From contig NW_027590122.1 of NCBI RefSeq assembly GCF_964213995.1, positions 992,001-1,056,000 of the forward strand: a stretch of 64,000 nt of DNA. Direction: 5' to 3'. The translations under genes and the position numbers were made by a program. The notes under the pieces were generated by a model, which was not told the DNA's origin, did not search any database, and was given only the letters and a program-made list of their open reading frames with translations. Source of the DNA: Mustelus asterias (Eukaryota). Below are positions 61,418-64,000 of the stretch, in pieces (the first letter of the stretch is position 1; the number at the start of each line of letters is the position of its first letter).

Positions 61418-62781
61418 AGCAAAGGCATTCTCACCTCCTCACACTGAATCCGATCTCTGAGCTGGATTGTGAACAGTTAATAGAAACAAAATCATCTCAT
61501 TAAAACCAATTAAACCGAATGATCAGGTTCTTTGTGCTGAATGTCTGTCAGTGTATGTAAAATCCCTCTTTATAGTAGTTTCTGTCGTTTACGAGCAACT
61601 CTGAATAGGAGACTCTGGTGCCGTTATTACAACATGAAATAAAACTCATCAGAGGCATATCTCAAAAATCATCTCAGTCAAAAACCATACATTCGCTTTA
61701 ATGCACTCTATGTGTCAAAGAGAGCGATGATTGTACAGTCGTTTGATTTCTTGAAGGCAGTTGATAGATTTGTGGATATTCAGGGAAATAACGGATATGG
61801 AAGTAGTCATAGAGTCATAGAGGTTTACAGCATGGAAACAGACCCTTCTGCCCAACTTGTCCATGCTACCCTCTTCTAACCACTATGCAAGTCCCAATTG
61901 CCCGCGTTTGGCCCATATCCCAACAAAATATTTGTCTGAGCATGAAGACTTATCCCGCGGTTTCGATTTCCCAAAGCACTTCTGGTGATTACAGCAGACT
62001 TTTAAAGAAAGACTTTCGGGCATGTGGGCATCGCGGGCTCGGCCGCTATTTATTGTCCATCCCTAGTTGTCCTTCAGGAACTTTCTGACGCTCTTCTCAA
62101 TTAGGTTTCTGCATTCAGTCGATTTTCTTACCAAATGTTCCAGTGTCTAGAGTACACCAAACCTGTCCTCCGAGATTATTAATAGAGATATTAATCATTG
62201 TTCATTGGATTCTAAGCATGTATTGAAATAAACTTTTGTACCTTTACTGTTAAGGATTCTTAGTTTTAATATGTGTCAAGTGTTCATTGTGTTAATATGA
62301 GTCACATTCTTCCGAACTCTTTCCAATGAAGTTTCTCTTCGATTCTCAGTTGATATTTTATTTCATTACTGTAACATTGAGAGATGTTTAATCAGGCTGT
62401 TGTGATTATGAGGATTTGCCTCAGCAGGCGGGCATCAGTTTACACTATTGACTGACATATCAAACCAAACTGTATTCGTTTCTTTGCCCCGAGTTTCTTT
62501 GAAACATCAGAACAAGGGTACAACTAGTTCAAGGCTACCTGCAGCATTTTGAATTCTCAATATTAGTGCCGATTTCCCGGTGATTCCAAATAAACAACAG
62601 CTAATTCTTCCCTCGCACAGTGAATGTAATAATCAGACGGATTCTGTGAACGATTTTAGATGGTGTTTGTGTGAATTGTGGGCTGGTTTGCGTTCACAGG
62701 AATGTATTGACGTGTTAGTGTATAACCCGCTGTTAGAAACAACACTCGACAGACAGCAGCTGTGACTCAGAAACTTGCGGC

Positions 62782-62820
62782 AGTTTTTGTACGAGGATTT
62801 CACTCGTTCTCATCACTGTG
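62782..62820 (-). other. 23-RSS of V11
   Basis: CACAGTG + 23 nt + ACAAAAACT. Confidence 0.93.
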
Positions 62821-63861
62821 AGACTCTGTGCACAGTAATAGACCGCGGTGTCAGACAGCCGCAGCTCCGAAATAGTCACTCGGTACAAATTGTCTGACTG
62901 CTGGACTGAATCAGAAAACCGAGTCCGAGCGAAATCCGCCTTTAATTCAAAACCGCCCTTCTTGTCTCTCCGGACTGCAAACTCAGGCTGTTTTCCTGGG
63001 TATTGACGATACCAAAATAAATAATAAGCATCGTCGGTAAAGGTGCAGTTTAAAGTGACATCTTCTCCCTCTGTCCGTGTGAGTGAGGATTCCCGCTGAG
63101 GAACAGAATCTCCATCGCTCAGATCTGAAACACACGGTTAAAGAAAGGAAAAACATTGATTAAAAGTTCAATTGAACTAAGGGAGAAAATTCACTGACAG
63201 TGCAACATAAAAATATGTATTGAATGTATTGAATCATACCACATTCTCTCCAACTGATCTATGTTCCCGTTTACAGTCCCCTGGAGATTCCTCCCTCTCG
63301 CCTCTTCTCAATGCAGTTGTCCCTTTCTTCCTCAGCTGTTTAGTTTAGTTTACCTTTAAATAAGTATTTGCTCCTCTCCTCAAGTGTTCATTGTGTTAAT
63401 ATGAGTCACATTCTACCCAACTCTTTCTAAAGATGTTTCTCTCCGATTCCCAGTTGATCTATTTGTTTCATTAGAATTTTGGGACATATATTTGGATTCC
63501 TCCTACAAGTGGAATCATCCTCTCCCCGTCCACCACACCAATCCTCGTTATCATTATAAATAGATCAGTCAGGTTTGCGTTAGTTTCTTTGGTCAGTCGA
63601 GAAAGTAATCATAATCTTGCATTCTGATAGCTCTCATCTCCCAATCCGAGTACCATTTCTCGAAATCGCCTTTTCAGTGTGCTTTTCGAATCTATTTTCA
63701 AAAGACTAAAACCACTCGCAAGAATTCATTTGTCCAATACCTGTATAACATGAATGTCCTGCTTTTCAACTTTATTCCTCCAGAAAATAACTCATTTTTA
63801 AAGTATTAAACTCATCAACAATGAATGTCACCCAGATCAGAGTGAAAACGGGGAGCCGCAT
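62821..63861 (-). CDS. TCR alpha/delta-like V segment V11 (open V exon, leader donor mutated; not in the ORF track)
   Basis: Exon 63124-62821 reads LSDGDSVPQRESSLTRTEGEDVTLNCTFTDDAYYLFWYRQYPGKQPEF...SDTAVYYCAQS. Leader 63861-63816 (MRLPVFTLIWVTFIV) is followed by ATGAGT instead of GTGAGT. CRE at 63953-63960. Confidence 0.85.
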
Positions 63862-64000
63862 TGCTGCTGCTCCTGGATTCCAGGGACTTGTTTCTCCAAA
63901 AGCTGCAGAAGCTTGAACAAGATAAAGCTGAGAGCATTGGCTGTGGCTGATCTGACGTCACACCCTACAGAACCTATGGTCGGAAGAGTGGAGAGCACTG

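Overview
Eukaryotic genomic DNA, almost certainly from a shark (cartilaginous fish), judged from the shark-type SINE, CR1, Rex1 and Penelope-like repeats and the zinc-finger and GPCR gene types. The main content is an array of 11 T-cell-receptor alpha/delta-like V gene segments, 6 on + and 5 on -. Most have a leader exon, a phase-1 intron, a V exon and a 23-class recombination signal sequence (RSS). Six look fully intact, one has an intact V exon with no leader I could find, one has a mutated leader splice donor, and three are pseudogenes. Two of the 11 (23.1-23.9 kb and 62.8-63.9 kb) have V exons that are missing from the ORF track. I found no D, J or C segments. The V array is interleaved with an intact two-exon GPR139/GPR142-like GPCR, one intact tRNA-Val(AAC), several decayed tRNA genes and many retroelements. 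It is preceded by an 8-finger C2H2 zinc-finger gene. Most notable observations: (1) a V family with almost no CDR2 and VNAR-like cysteine spacing, sitting behind a CRE minisatellite promoter; (2) a V gene with leader and V in one exon; (3) a mirror-image duplication of the V block; (4) CTCF-like elements next to RSSs; (5) a micro-inversion that flipped an RSS heptamer; (6) a candidate -1 frameshift site joining CR1 ORF1 to ORF2; (7) minimal hammerhead ribozymes; (8) a U2-headed insertion. Coordinates were counted by hand, repeat boundaries are approximate, and family names come from motif recognition rather than database searches.
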